A stretch of 64,000 nt of DNA from Eledone cirrhosa (Eukaryota), in the NCBI GenBank assembly GCA_964016885.1, contig OZ024763.1, positions 23,188,001-23,252,000 of the forward strand, written 5' to 3'. The notes beneath the pieces were generated by a model. The model saw nothing but the letters and a program-made list of their open reading frames with translations. It made no database searches and was not told the DNA's origin. Positions 53,295 to 64,000 of the stretch are shown here, piece after piece. The position numbers and the translations under genes were made by a program. The number at the start of each line of letters is the position of its first letter. Positions within the stretch are counted from its first letter, which is position 1.

Positions 53295-53648
53295 TCATCA
53301 TCATCATTTTACATCTGCTTTTCCCTGGGACGGGAACTGATTCTGGGTTGATTTCTACAGCCGGATGCCCTTCCTAACACCAACCTTATTTACAGTGAGT
53401 GCTGGGTGCTTTTTTTCCATGGCGCCTACATGTCCACTTTACAGTGAGTGCTGGGTGCTTTTTTGCCGTGGCACTTCCATGACCACTTTACAGTGAAATG
53501 ATAGGGACACCAGTCCTATCATCTCATTTCTACAGCTGAATAAACTGGAGCAATGTAAAATAAAGTGTCTTGCTCAAGGAAACAACACATCACCCGGTCT
53601 GAGAATTGAACTCACAACCTTTCAATTGCAAGGCCACTGCTCTAACCA
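53292..53648 (-). mobile_element. CORE-like SINE with RTE tail
   Basis: Reverse complement of the 48040-48373 family. Confidence 0.88.
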
Positions 53649-53692
53649 CATACATATATATGTATATATATATATATATGTATATATATATG

Positions 53693-53726
<34 letters not shown>

Positions 53727-53930
53727 TGCATATATATAAATATATAGAGAAAAGGTGAAGAAGGAAATAGCACGGAAAATATATTTTAGGGTCTGTTTTT
53801 CTTTTTTTATCCTTTCTTTGATTCGTCAAAGTTTTATAATGTATATAAAGTATATAAAGTATTACTGGTTTTAAAATTCATCTTATCAAATGTTGAGTAT
53901 TGAAATAAAAAATTAAAAAGAATTAATAGG

Positions 53931-53982
<52 letters not shown>

Positions 53983-54037
53983 GATAAATATATGTATACA
54001 TAATATGTATACATAATATATATATATATATGTATAC

Positions 54038-54090
<53 letters not shown>

Positions 54091-54092
<2 letters not shown>

Positions 54093-54220
54093 CAAAGAAA
54101 GTGTAAGGAACCAGGTGGACCATAACGCACCAGAGTACTCGATACTTAGTTAGTAGAGTGGGTAATAGGAAAAGAGTCAGGACCCCGGAGCTCAGCCGTC
54201 GGGGTCCTGACTATTTTCAT
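54091..54220. mobile_element. Short fold-back pLTR-like element (same family as 54993-55202)
   Basis: Arms 54169-54187 and 54200-54218; the 12-nt spacer is the 3' half of HHR stem III. Confidence 0.75.
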
Positions 54221-54409
54221 ATATATATATACACACACACATACAATACCTTTTTTATTGTATAAATAAATAAATATATAGACATTTTTTAATCACACCT
54301 GTTCAACAATATCTCCCGTGTTATTGTTTTAATTAGTAACTTCTGAACCACACCTGAATAATTTTCTCCTCATTAACGACTTTGATACTAAACCGCCCAA
54401 AACTACACC

Positions 54410-54840
54410 TGTTTATTTTTAAATGTTTATATTTATGTAAAAAAAACTTCTATCATAATTTTATGAGAGATCCTTTAAGTTATGTTCCAAACACTGACTT
54501 AATAAAAACATTTTTTACTAAATTTCTCTTTATTTACAAAATTATTTAAAAAAATTATAAGTGGGGTTTTTAAATGTTTACATTTATTTTTAAAAAACTT
54601 CCACATAATTTTATGTAAGAACCTTTGTTAAGTTATGTTCCAAACATTGACTTAATAAAAAAAATTATTTTATTAAATTCCTCTTCATTATTTACAAAAT
54701 TATTTTTGAAATTATAAGTGGGGTTTTTAAATGTTTATATTTATTTTTAAAAAACCTTCCTTCAAAATTTTATGTAAGAACCTTTGTTAAGTTATGTTCC
54801 AAACAGCAATAAAGAAGTTATTTTATTAAATCAAAATTAT
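54410..54840 (-). repeat. AT-rich dispersed/tandem repeat, inverted relative to 61600-64000
   Basis: ATAATTTTATGTAAGAACCTTTGTTAAGTTATGTTCCAAACA occurs about three times. Confidence 0.8.
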
Positions 54841-54992
54841 TAGAAAATATTTGGAAATATATTTAATTCAAAATGTACTCACACACACACATATATATAT
54901 ATACACTATATATATATATATTAAAAAAAATATATATATAGTATATATAGCATATATATATATATTTATATAGCATATATATATATATTTAT

Positions 54993-55202
54993 TACGAAGG
55001 AAATGTGGTAAGGAACCAGGTGGACCATAACGCACCAAAGTACTCAATACTTGAGGTAGTAGAGTGGGTAATAGGAACCAGTAAGACCCCGACAGCTGAG
55101 CTCAAGCCGTTTCGACGGCTAATTCTGGACGGCTAATTCTGAGTCCAGAATTAGCCGTCGAAACGGCTTGAGCTCAGCTGTCGGGGTCTTACTGGTTCCT
55201 AT
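54993..55202. mobile_element. Fold-back HHR-derived element, perfect 60-bp arms
   Basis: 55071-55130 and 55143-55202; stem II gacggctaattct..agaattagccgtc-GAAA-cggc ttgagctca gctg-TC. The CTGANGA box is absent. Confidence 0.85.
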
Positions 55203-55866
55203 ATATTTATTATATATATATAGCATATATATATATTTTAAAAAAAAAATATATATATATATACACATATATAAAAATATATATATACTATATATATTTT
55301 ATATCTACCCGACTTTCTGTCAACTTGTTTATTGAGAAATCTTATCAAGGACACACCCTAAACTAATTAACAATTCTATTCATTTGACGATCTTTCGCCT
55401 TAATTAACATTTGGTTCTCATCATTGCTGTCTGGCTATTGTTATAGTTTTGGTATTCATCTTCTCATTGTTGTTGTTGTAGTTATGTCTACCTGTCAACA
55501 GATTCTCTCCTATTCGCCCCCACTTCATTCAAAACCGTTTCAGCAATCGGTTCACTAATTTTATTTCTCCTGCTTCATTAACTTAGACACATTGATACAT
55601 TTAATTATCTAACCACACTTTATCATAGAATTTCTCTACTATAATAAATTATAGTACAGTATAATATACTACAATAGACTATACTATACTATATTAAACT
55701 ATACTACAGTATATTATACTGTACTATAGTATATCCTATATTATATTATATTATACTATATAATACTAAAACATATTAAATTACTGGAGTCTGGAGATCG
55801 AAAGTGAACAGAACAAGATGAAGGATTTCAAAGGTAATTATTGAATGCATTTTATACATACATACA

Positions 55867-55903
<37 letters not shown>

Positions 55904-56134
55904 AATATGTGTACTATATATAATATATATATATTGGGTTGCCAAGTATGAAATTTGTAGAAAGTTCTTTTTTTTTCTACAAATTTCTACAAATTTCATA
56001 CTTGACAACACAATATATATATATAATATTATATATATGTGTACTATTTGTGAGTTCAATCTCAGACCGGGTGATACATTGTGTTCTTGAGCAAGACACT
56101 TTATTTCACTTTATAATATGTATATATATATATA

Positions 56135-56202
<68 letters not shown>

Positions 56203-56459
56203 TAAACATATAATATATATATTCATATATGTATATACATTATAATACATACATATATAATATATATATGTATATATATATATATATAATATATATATGT
56301 GTATATATATATATAATATATATATATGTATATATACATATAATATATATATATATATATATAAATATATATATAATATATATATTTTATGTATATATAT
56401 ATATATGTATAAAATATATATATATATAAATATATATAACTACTATATATGTGTACTAT

Positions 56460-57158
56460 TTGTGAGTTCGATTCTCAGACCAGATGATGCGTTGTGTTCT
56501 TGAGCAAGACACTTTACTTCAAGTTGCGCCAGTTGACTCAGCTGTAGAAATGAGTTACGATGTCACTGGTGCCAAGCTGTATCAGCCATTACCTTTCCCT
56601 TGGACATCATCAGTGGCGTAGAGAGGAGAGACTGGTAAGCATGGGTGACTGGTCTTCCACAAAACAGACCTTGCCCAGGCTTGTGCCCTGGAGGAGAATT
56701 TTCTAGGTTGAAATGCCATGATCATTCGCGACCGAAGCGGTCTTTACCCTATATGCACTATATATAGGGAGTGTTTGAGGACCCTGCCACCATGACCCTC
56801 TCAGGAATAAGGTGGTGAAGAAGAAAATATATATATACATATCTTATATATATATACCCAGCCCACACTGTAAAGTGGTCATGCAGGTGTCACGACAAAA
56901 AGCATCCAGCCCACACTGTAAATGCGGTTAGCATTAGGAAAGGCATCCACCCGTAGAAAACCAGCCAGAAACTCTCCTATACGAACGAGACACGGTCACC
57001 CGACCAAACTTGCCTCAAATGGAACAAACCCATCTAACCCATGGTAGCGTGGAAGATAGATGTTAAAAAATAAAGTGTCTTGCTCAAGGACATAACACAT
57101 CGCCTGGTCCAGGCGATGCGTTATGTCCTTGAGCAAGACACTTTATTTCACGTTGCTC
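56460..57158 (+). mobile_element. SINE fragments (CORE-like head/body, RTE-UTR tail, and a fold-back CORE piece at 57068-57148)
   Basis: GAGTTCGATTC B box, CTTGAGCAAGACACTTT, CCCACACTGTAAA..AACCCATGGTAGCGTGGAAG. Confidence 0.75.
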
Positions 57159-57257
57159 CTTCTACCTGGAGTTGCGACCGATAGATAGTATCAGCAATTG
57201 GAAAGACCAACGGAAACATTGTTCCCTCGGTCCGATTTGACGTAAGTCGATCGTTCC

Positions 57258-57290
<33 letters not shown>

Positions 57291-57860
57291 GTATCTCCGA
57301 GGCCATAGTGTCTAGAATAAGGACGGGTTGGAAGAAGTTTAGAGAGCTACTTCCTCTGCTGACGAAGAAGGGTTTCTCCCTGCGTACGAAAGGCCGGTTA
57401 TATGATGACTGTGTGAGGAGCGCGATGCTGCATGGTAGTGAGACTTGGGCAGCAACTGTAGAGGATATGCGACGGCTGGAGAGAAATGAGGCAAGCATGC
57501 TCTGTTGGATGTGCAATGTGCGTGAACGACCCAGCATGGATGTGTTGAGAGAGAAAGTGTGTCTGAGAGGGATAGAATGTAGTGTGCGAGAGAGGAGACT
57601 GAGGTGGTATGGACATGTGATGCGCATGGAGGATGACCGATGGCTGAAGAAGTGCCAGGAAATGCCAGTTGAAGGAAGACGTGGTAGAGGTAGACCACAA
57701 AAAATATGGGCCAGAGGTGGTGAGAACAGACCTCAGATCACTGAAGCTCACGGTGGAGATGACGAAGGACCGTGACAAGTGGAGAGATGCTGTGCTGAAT
57801 AAGACCCGTCCCACCCTTGCAAGCAGGGAAAAGTGGATGTAAAATGATGATGATGATGAT
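57291..57860 (+). mobile_element. RTE LINE 3' fragment (subfamily B)
   Basis: SRIRTGWKKFRELLPLL..AMLHGSETW..RLRWYGHVMRMEDDRW..GRGRPQK; (GAT)n tail. Confidence 0.93.
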
Positions 57861-57879
57861 CATCATCATCATCATCATC

Positions 57880-58087
57880 ACATCATCATCATCATCATCA
57901 TCGTTTAACGTCTATCTTCCACGCTAGCATGGGTTTAGACGGGAATTGTCCCATTTGAGGCAAGGTTGGTCGGGTGACCATGTCTCGCTCGTATAGGGCT
58001 GTCTGGCAGGTTTTCTACGGCTAGATGCCCTTCCTAACACCAACCACGTTTACAGTGTGGACTGGGAGGTTTTTACCGTGTTACCTA
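57880..58087 (-). mobile_element. RTE subfamily A 3' UTR fragment, tail-to-tail with the preceding element
   Basis: Reverse complement of 47790-47998. Confidence 0.82.
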
Positions 58088-58509
58088 CATATATATATTT
58101 ATATAAAAATATATATCATCATCATCGTCATCATTCATTTTATGTCCGCTTTTCCCTGCTTGCAAGGGTGGGACTTGTTGTGCGGTTGCTTGATGACGGT
58201 GGGGGGTTTCTCGCAGCACATGGCCGCACCAGCCACCCCACTACCATGTGCAGCCCTAACATGGTTAATGTTATTGCTGTTTACGCAGTTGTTGCAATTC
58301 TCATTTGCTGTGCTCATAGCTTTTGGCATATATACTGGTTGGATGCCCTTCCTAATACAGCATGGACTAGGTGCTTTTATTCGTGCCACCAGCACTAGAG
58401 AGGTCGTCTTACTGGACTCAGGGGCCCTATCTACCACTCCATTTTACAGCATGGACTGGGTGCTTTTATTTGTGCCACCAGCACCACTAGAGAGGTTGTC
58501 TTACTGGAC

Positions 58510-58542
<33 letters not shown>

Positions 58543-58594
58543 CTGGACATATGTGTATATATATATATACACATACAAACATATAAATATATAT

Positions 58595-58755
58595 AATTGT
58601 TTCTACTTTTGGCACAAGGTCAGCAATTATCCTAGTGTATTACTGATACTTTATTTTATCGACCCCATAAGGATAAAAGGCAAAGTTAACCTCGGCGGGA
58701 TTTGAACTCAGACCATAAAGGGCCGTAACTCTTTGCTGCAAAGCATGGCGTCCGA

Positions 58756-58757
<2 letters not shown>
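58595..58757 (-). mobile_element. OK-like SINE, head slightly truncated
   Basis: Same core and tail as other copies. Confidence 0.88.
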
Positions 58758-58835
<78 letters not shown>

Positions 58836-59005
58836 TTATATATGACACACCGATGCTAGACTCCAAATATTAAATATGTTCAACGTTGTTATTGGAACAA
58901 ATTTCTTAAGAAAATATCTTTAATCTAGCAAATATTTTCAGCCACTTGACAAATATGGAGAAAGATTACGTCTGTTTAAGAATGGGGTGCGTCTATCTTG
59001 AGGTT

Positions 59006-59447
59006 ATTTGTAGTTCATGTACACAGTATGTGTGTCTACATGTATGTATTTGTAGTTCATGTACACAGTATGTGTGTGTACATGTATGTATTTGTAGTTC
59101 ATGTACAGTATGTGTGTGTGTGTAGGTATTTGTAGTTCATGTACACAGTATGTGTGTGTACATGTATGTATTTGTAGTTCATGTACAGTATGTGTGTGTG
59201 TGTAGGTATTTGTAGTTCATGTACACAGTATGTGTGTGTACATGTATGTATTTGTAGTTCATGTACAGTATGTGTGTGTGTGTAGGTATTTGTAGTTCAT
59301 GTACACAGTATGTGTGTGTACATGTATGTATTTGTAGTTCATGTACAGTATGTGTGTGTGTGTAGGTATTTGTAGTTCATGTACACAGTATGTGTGTGTA
59401 CATGTATGTATTTGTAGTTCATGTACAGTATGTGTGTGTGTGTAGGT
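59006..59447. repeat. 80-bp dimeric minisatellite (42+38 bp subunits)
   Basis: Lines 59101 and 59341 are identical (3x80); both subunits start TTTGTAGTTCATGTACA. Confidence 0.95.
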
Positions 59448-59449
59448 AT

Positions 59450-60895
59450 GCATCTGTATATATGTAGATTGTGTACACAATGTGTGAGTGTGTGTATGTA
59501 CATGTGTGTATGTGCATGTATGTGTGCAGGTGTAGGCACGTATTTATGTGTGTGTGTGCATATATGTGTGAGTGTAGGTATGCATGTGTGTGTGTGTGCG
59601 CGCATGTATGTGTGAGTGTAGGTATGCATGTGTGTATGCATGTGTTTATGTGTGTGCGCATGCATGTGTGTATGTGTGAGTGTAGGTATGCATGTGTGTG
59701 TGTGTACGTGTGAGTGCAGGTATGCATGTGTGCATGCATGCGTGTATGTGTGAGTGTAGGTATGCATGTGTATGTGTGTGCGTGTATGTGTGAGTGTAGG
59801 TATGCATGCGTGTATGTGTGTATGTATGAATGTATGTGTGCATGTGTATGTGCATGCATGTATGTTTGTGTACATATGAGTGTGTGCATTATGTGTGTAT
59901 GAATATGGGTGTTTGTGTATGTGTATGAATGACTATGAGTGTTTATGTGTATGTGTTTGTTATGTATACACATTGATAGGTAGGTTAGTTTCAGACACCT
60001 CCACACACACACATATACATACACATACACATACATACACACTCAGACATACACTCACACACATACATACACACTCATAGACATACACTCACACACACAC
60101 ACACACATATACTCACACACACACATATACATACACTCACACACACTCATAGATATACACTCACACATGCACTCATAGACATACGCATACACTCACACAC
60201 ACATATACATACGCACTTATAGACATACACTCACATACATATACATACGCACTCATAGACATACACGTACACACACATACATATACATACGCACTCATAG
60301 ACATACATGTACACACACATACATACACACTCATAGACATACATACACACTCATAGACATACACTCACACACACATATACATACGCACTCATAGACATAC
60401 ACTCACACATATACATATGCACTCATAGACATACACTCACACATACATATACATACGCACTCATAGACATACACGTACACACACATACATATACATACGC
60501 ACTCATAGACATACATGTACACACACATACATACACACTCATAGACATACACTCACACACACATATACATACGCACTCATAGACATACACTCACACATAT
60601 ACATATGCACTCATAGACATACACTCACACATACATATACATACGCACTCATAGACATACACTCACACATATACATATGCACTCATAGACATACACTCAC
60701 ACATACATATACATATGCACTCATAGACGTACACACACACATACATATACATACGCACTCATAGATGTACACATACACATACATATACATATGCACTCAT
60801 AGTGTACACATACACATACATATACATACGCACTCATAGACATACACATACACATACATACACGCTCATAGATGTACACATACACACATACATAG
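59450..60895. repeat. Degenerate (TG)n then (CA)n compound microsatellites with ACTCATAGACATAC periodicity
   Basis: Direct inspection. Confidence 0.9.
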
Positions 60896-61141
60896 AAATT
60901 TAGATTTCCAACAGGTAAGAAACACCAATATTTACAGAATCAATAGAAACCAATTTGTATAAGTGGACTAATTAGTGGCTAATTAAGTAGTTAATAGCTG
61001 TGATTTACCTGTTGAAAGGAACAGAGACTGTCTGTCTGTCTTCTAAAATACCTGTATGGTGATGTTTGTGACTCATGATTAAATATTAACCATTTCATGG
61101 CAATATTTCTAATGAAAGACAGTGAAATAATTTTTAAAATA

Positions 61142-61540
61142 ATAATTGTTTCTACTTTAGGCACAAGGCCAGCAATTACCCAGTGCATTACTGGTACTTT
61201 ATTTTATCGATCCCGTAAGGATGAAAGGTAAAGTTAACCTCGGCGGGATTTGAACTCAGATCGTAAAAGGACGTAACTATGCTGGAAAGCATGGCGTCCG
61301 ACCCTCTACCGATACTGCCAAAATGGTTTCTTATATAGGCACAAGGCCAGCAATTTTGGGGGAGGAGAAAGTCGATTAAATTGACCCCAGTGCGTGACTG
61401 GTACTTTATTTTATCGACCCCGTAAGGATGAAAGGCAAAGTTAACCTCGGCGGGATTTGAACACAGATCATAAAGGGCCGTAAATCTATGCTGCAAAGCA
61501 TGGCGGCCGACCCTCTACTGATACTGCCAATCCACAACCC
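61142..61540 (-). mobile_element. Two tandem OK-like SINEs (short-tail and long-tail variants)
   Basis: Same core; the second copy carries the extra GGGGGAGG..GTCGATTAAAT segment. Confidence 0.9.
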
Positions 61541-61842
61541 TTTTTAAAATAATAATAATAATAATAATGAAATTATTGTGTACAGAGCTCAGGTGCACTA
61601 CAACTCGTTCTGACATAAAATTATGATGAAAGGATTTTAGATAAATATAAATACTTTAACCCCTTTTGTTACATATTTTAAAGGAAAATCACTGCCTATG
61701 AATTTTAAATAATTTTCTCAAAAATAATCAAGAATTTGGAGGGATTTAGTAAAATAACTTTCTCATTATAAGGCTGGTGTTTGGGACATAACTTAACAAA
61801 GGTTCTGACATAAAATTATGACGGAAGGTTTTTAGATAAATC

Positions 61843-62045
61843 TTCATCATCATTTTACGTCCGCTTTTCCCTGCTTGCAAGGGTGGGACCAGTCCTATTC
61901 AGCACAGCATCTCTCCACTTGTCACGCAGTCCTTCGTCATCTCCTCCGTGAGCTTCAGCGATCTGAGGTCTGCTCTCACCACCTCCGCCCATGTTTTTTG
62001 TGGTCTTCCTCTACTGGGATTTCTAGACACTTCTTTACCCAGTGA
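61843..62045 (-). mobile_element. RTE LINE 3' fragment (subfamily B)
   Basis: Reverse complement of 45055-45270 with a short internal deletion. Confidence 0.88.
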
Positions 62046-62636
62046 TCATAAATATAAATACTTTAACCCTTTCGATATCATATTTCTCATGAAAATCACT
62101 GTCTGAATTTCAAATAATTTTCTTTAAAATAATCAAGAATTTGGAGAGATTTAGTAATATAACTTAACTTTCACATTAAGCTGATGTTTGGGACATAACT
62201 TAACAAATGTTCTGACATAAAATTATGATGGAAGGTTTTTAGATAAATATAAACATTTAAAAACCTCACATAAATTTTTAAATAATTTTGTAAATAATGA
62301 GGAATTTAGTAAAATAACTTTTTTATTATTAAGTTGTTGTATGGAACATAACTTAACAAAGGTTCTTATATAACATTTTGAAGGAAGGTTTTTTTAGATA
62401 AATATAAATACTTTAACCCTTTCGTTACCATATTTCTAATGAAAATAAATGTCTATGAATTTCAAATAATTTTCTCTAAAATAAACAAGATTTTGGAGAG
62501 ATTTAGTAATATAACTTAACTTTCTCATTAAGCTGATGTTTGGGACATAACTTAACAAAGGTTCTTATCTTACATAAAATTATGATGGAAGGTTTTTTGG
62601 ATAAATATAACTTCCTCATTATTAAGTTGTTGTTTA

Positions 62637-62855
62637 GGGCGGTGGATTGGCAGTATCAGTAGAGGATCGGACGCCATGCTTTGCAGCATAGAGTTACAGC
62701 CCTTTATGATCTGAGTTCAAATCCGCCCTAGGTTAACTTAGCCTTTCACCCTTACGGGGTCAATAAAATAAAGTACCAGTCATGTACTGGGGTTGATTTA
62801 ATCAACTCTCCTCTCCCCCAAAATTGCTGGCATTGAGCCTATATAAGAAACCATT
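62637..62855 (+). mobile_element. OK-like SINE (long-tail variant)
   Basis: GGGCGGTGGATTGGCAG..TCTGAGTTCAAAT..TATATAAGAAACCATT; flanks CATTATTAAGTTGTT recur on both sides. Confidence 0.88.
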
Positions 62856-63575
62856 ATTAAGTTGTTCTTTGGAATATAACTTAACAAAGGAGGGAATGCT
62901 TTGTGGTCTTGTCCACAAGGACGAGCCCCGATACCACGGCACCTTACGCCAAAATCCCATCACCCTTCTCCCTCCCGTTATTCTCTGACCCTACAGCCTT
63001 TGTATTTCCCTTCCTTTTCTGTTTTCATAACCACAAAGGACACTTGAATTTTTTTACAATAAATTATGTATTTAATAAAAGTTCTTACATAAAATTATGA
63101 TGGAAGGTTTGTTTTAGATAAACATAAACATTTTAACCCTTTATTACCATATTTCTCATGAAAGATACTGTCGATGAATTTCAAATAATTGAAAAAATAA
63201 TCAACAATTGGGAGGTATTTAGTCATATAACTAACTTTCTGGTGTTAGGAACATAACTTAACCCGTTAGAATTTAAACTGACCATATCTGGCCAGAATTC
63301 TCTCACCTCTTTCTGTTCAAACCGGCTGTAACTGGCTGCTCATACTGATGTTCAAAATCTCGTAGATTTGATATTATGTGAGATAAGCCTTTACTGCAAA
63401 AATACAATAGTATGTAGAGTTATTAAAGTTTCTTACATAAAATTATGATGGAAATTTTTTTTTAGATAAATATAGACATTTTTCTTTTAAATCATTTTGA
63501 AAATAATCATGAATTTGGAGGGATTTAGTAATATAACTAACTTTCTCATTATTGAGCTGGTGTTTGGAACATAAC

Positions 63576-63872
63576 TTAACCCTTTAGCATTTAAACTAGC
63601 CATATCTGGCCAGAATTCCCTCACCCCCTTCTGTACAAACTGGTTGTAAGCAGCCCCTCATACTGACGTTAACTCTTTAGCATTTAAACTGGCAGTATCC
63701 GGCCATAATTCCCTCACTTTTTCTGTTCATAACCAGCCACCCATACTGATGTTAAGGTATTCTTCTCAAAATAAATAATATCAAAATCTCATAGATTCGA
63801 TATTATGTGAGATAAAACTTTTTCTGCAAAAACACAATAGTAAATATAGAGCAATGTACATGGTAGAGTTAA
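63576..63872. mobile_element. TTAA-specific (piggyBac-like) MITE, unexpanded copy; a shorter copy lies at 63258-63422
   Basis: Splits the host unit GGAACATAAC-TTAA-[C/T]AAAGGTTCTTACATA at its TTAA, with TTAA on both sides; starts CCCTTTAGCATTTAAA. Confidence 0.8.
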
Positions 63873-64000
63873 TAAAGGTTCTTACATAAAAATATATGAT
63901 GGAAGGATTTTATATCAATATAAACACTTTAATCCTTTCATTACCATATTGCTAATGGAAGACACTGTCTAGGTTTTCAAATAATTTTGAAAATAATTAA

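Larger units (their letters stand above)
61600..64000 (+). repeat. Degenerate AT-rich tandem units containing TTAACCCTTTCG.TACCATATTT (MITE-like left ends)
   Basis: Recurrent TTTGGGACATAACTTAACAAAGGTTCT.ACATAAAATTATGATGGAAGG, interrupted by RTE, SINE and MITE insertions. Confidence 0.8.

Noticed and set aside
58025-58705. 226-aa hydrophobic ORF
   Set aside because: It runs through antisense RTE/SINE fragments and TA tracts, so it is a patchwork rather than a gene.

Overview
AT-rich, repeat-dominated eukaryotic DNA. The SINE and MITE types resemble octopod cephalopod repeats, an inference from remembered repeat sequences rather than a search. Bases 1-27486 are a 55-bp satellite (~500 units) with nested higher-order duplications of ~2.5, ~4.3 and ~13.45 kb. 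The remaining 36.5 kb is a mosaic of microsatellites, two tRNA-derived SINE groups, RTE-type LINE fragments, hAT-like and TTAA (piggyBac-like) non-autonomous DNA elements, and local tandem arrays of 30, 66, 72 and 80 bp. No intact protein-coding gene is visible; almost all ORFs in the track are repeat artefacts. The most striking signal is a cluster of type I hammerhead-ribozyme (HHR) motifs from several unrelated short elements sitting in (TA)n tracts. Four are complete (29842, 45375, 45584, 52719). Five more loci are fold-back palindromes whose axes lie in or next to the ribozyme (31128, 33918, 38593, 54169, 55071). One complete HHR follows a Penelope-like GIY-YIG fragment, so these are probably Penelope/Naiad-type pLTR derivatives.
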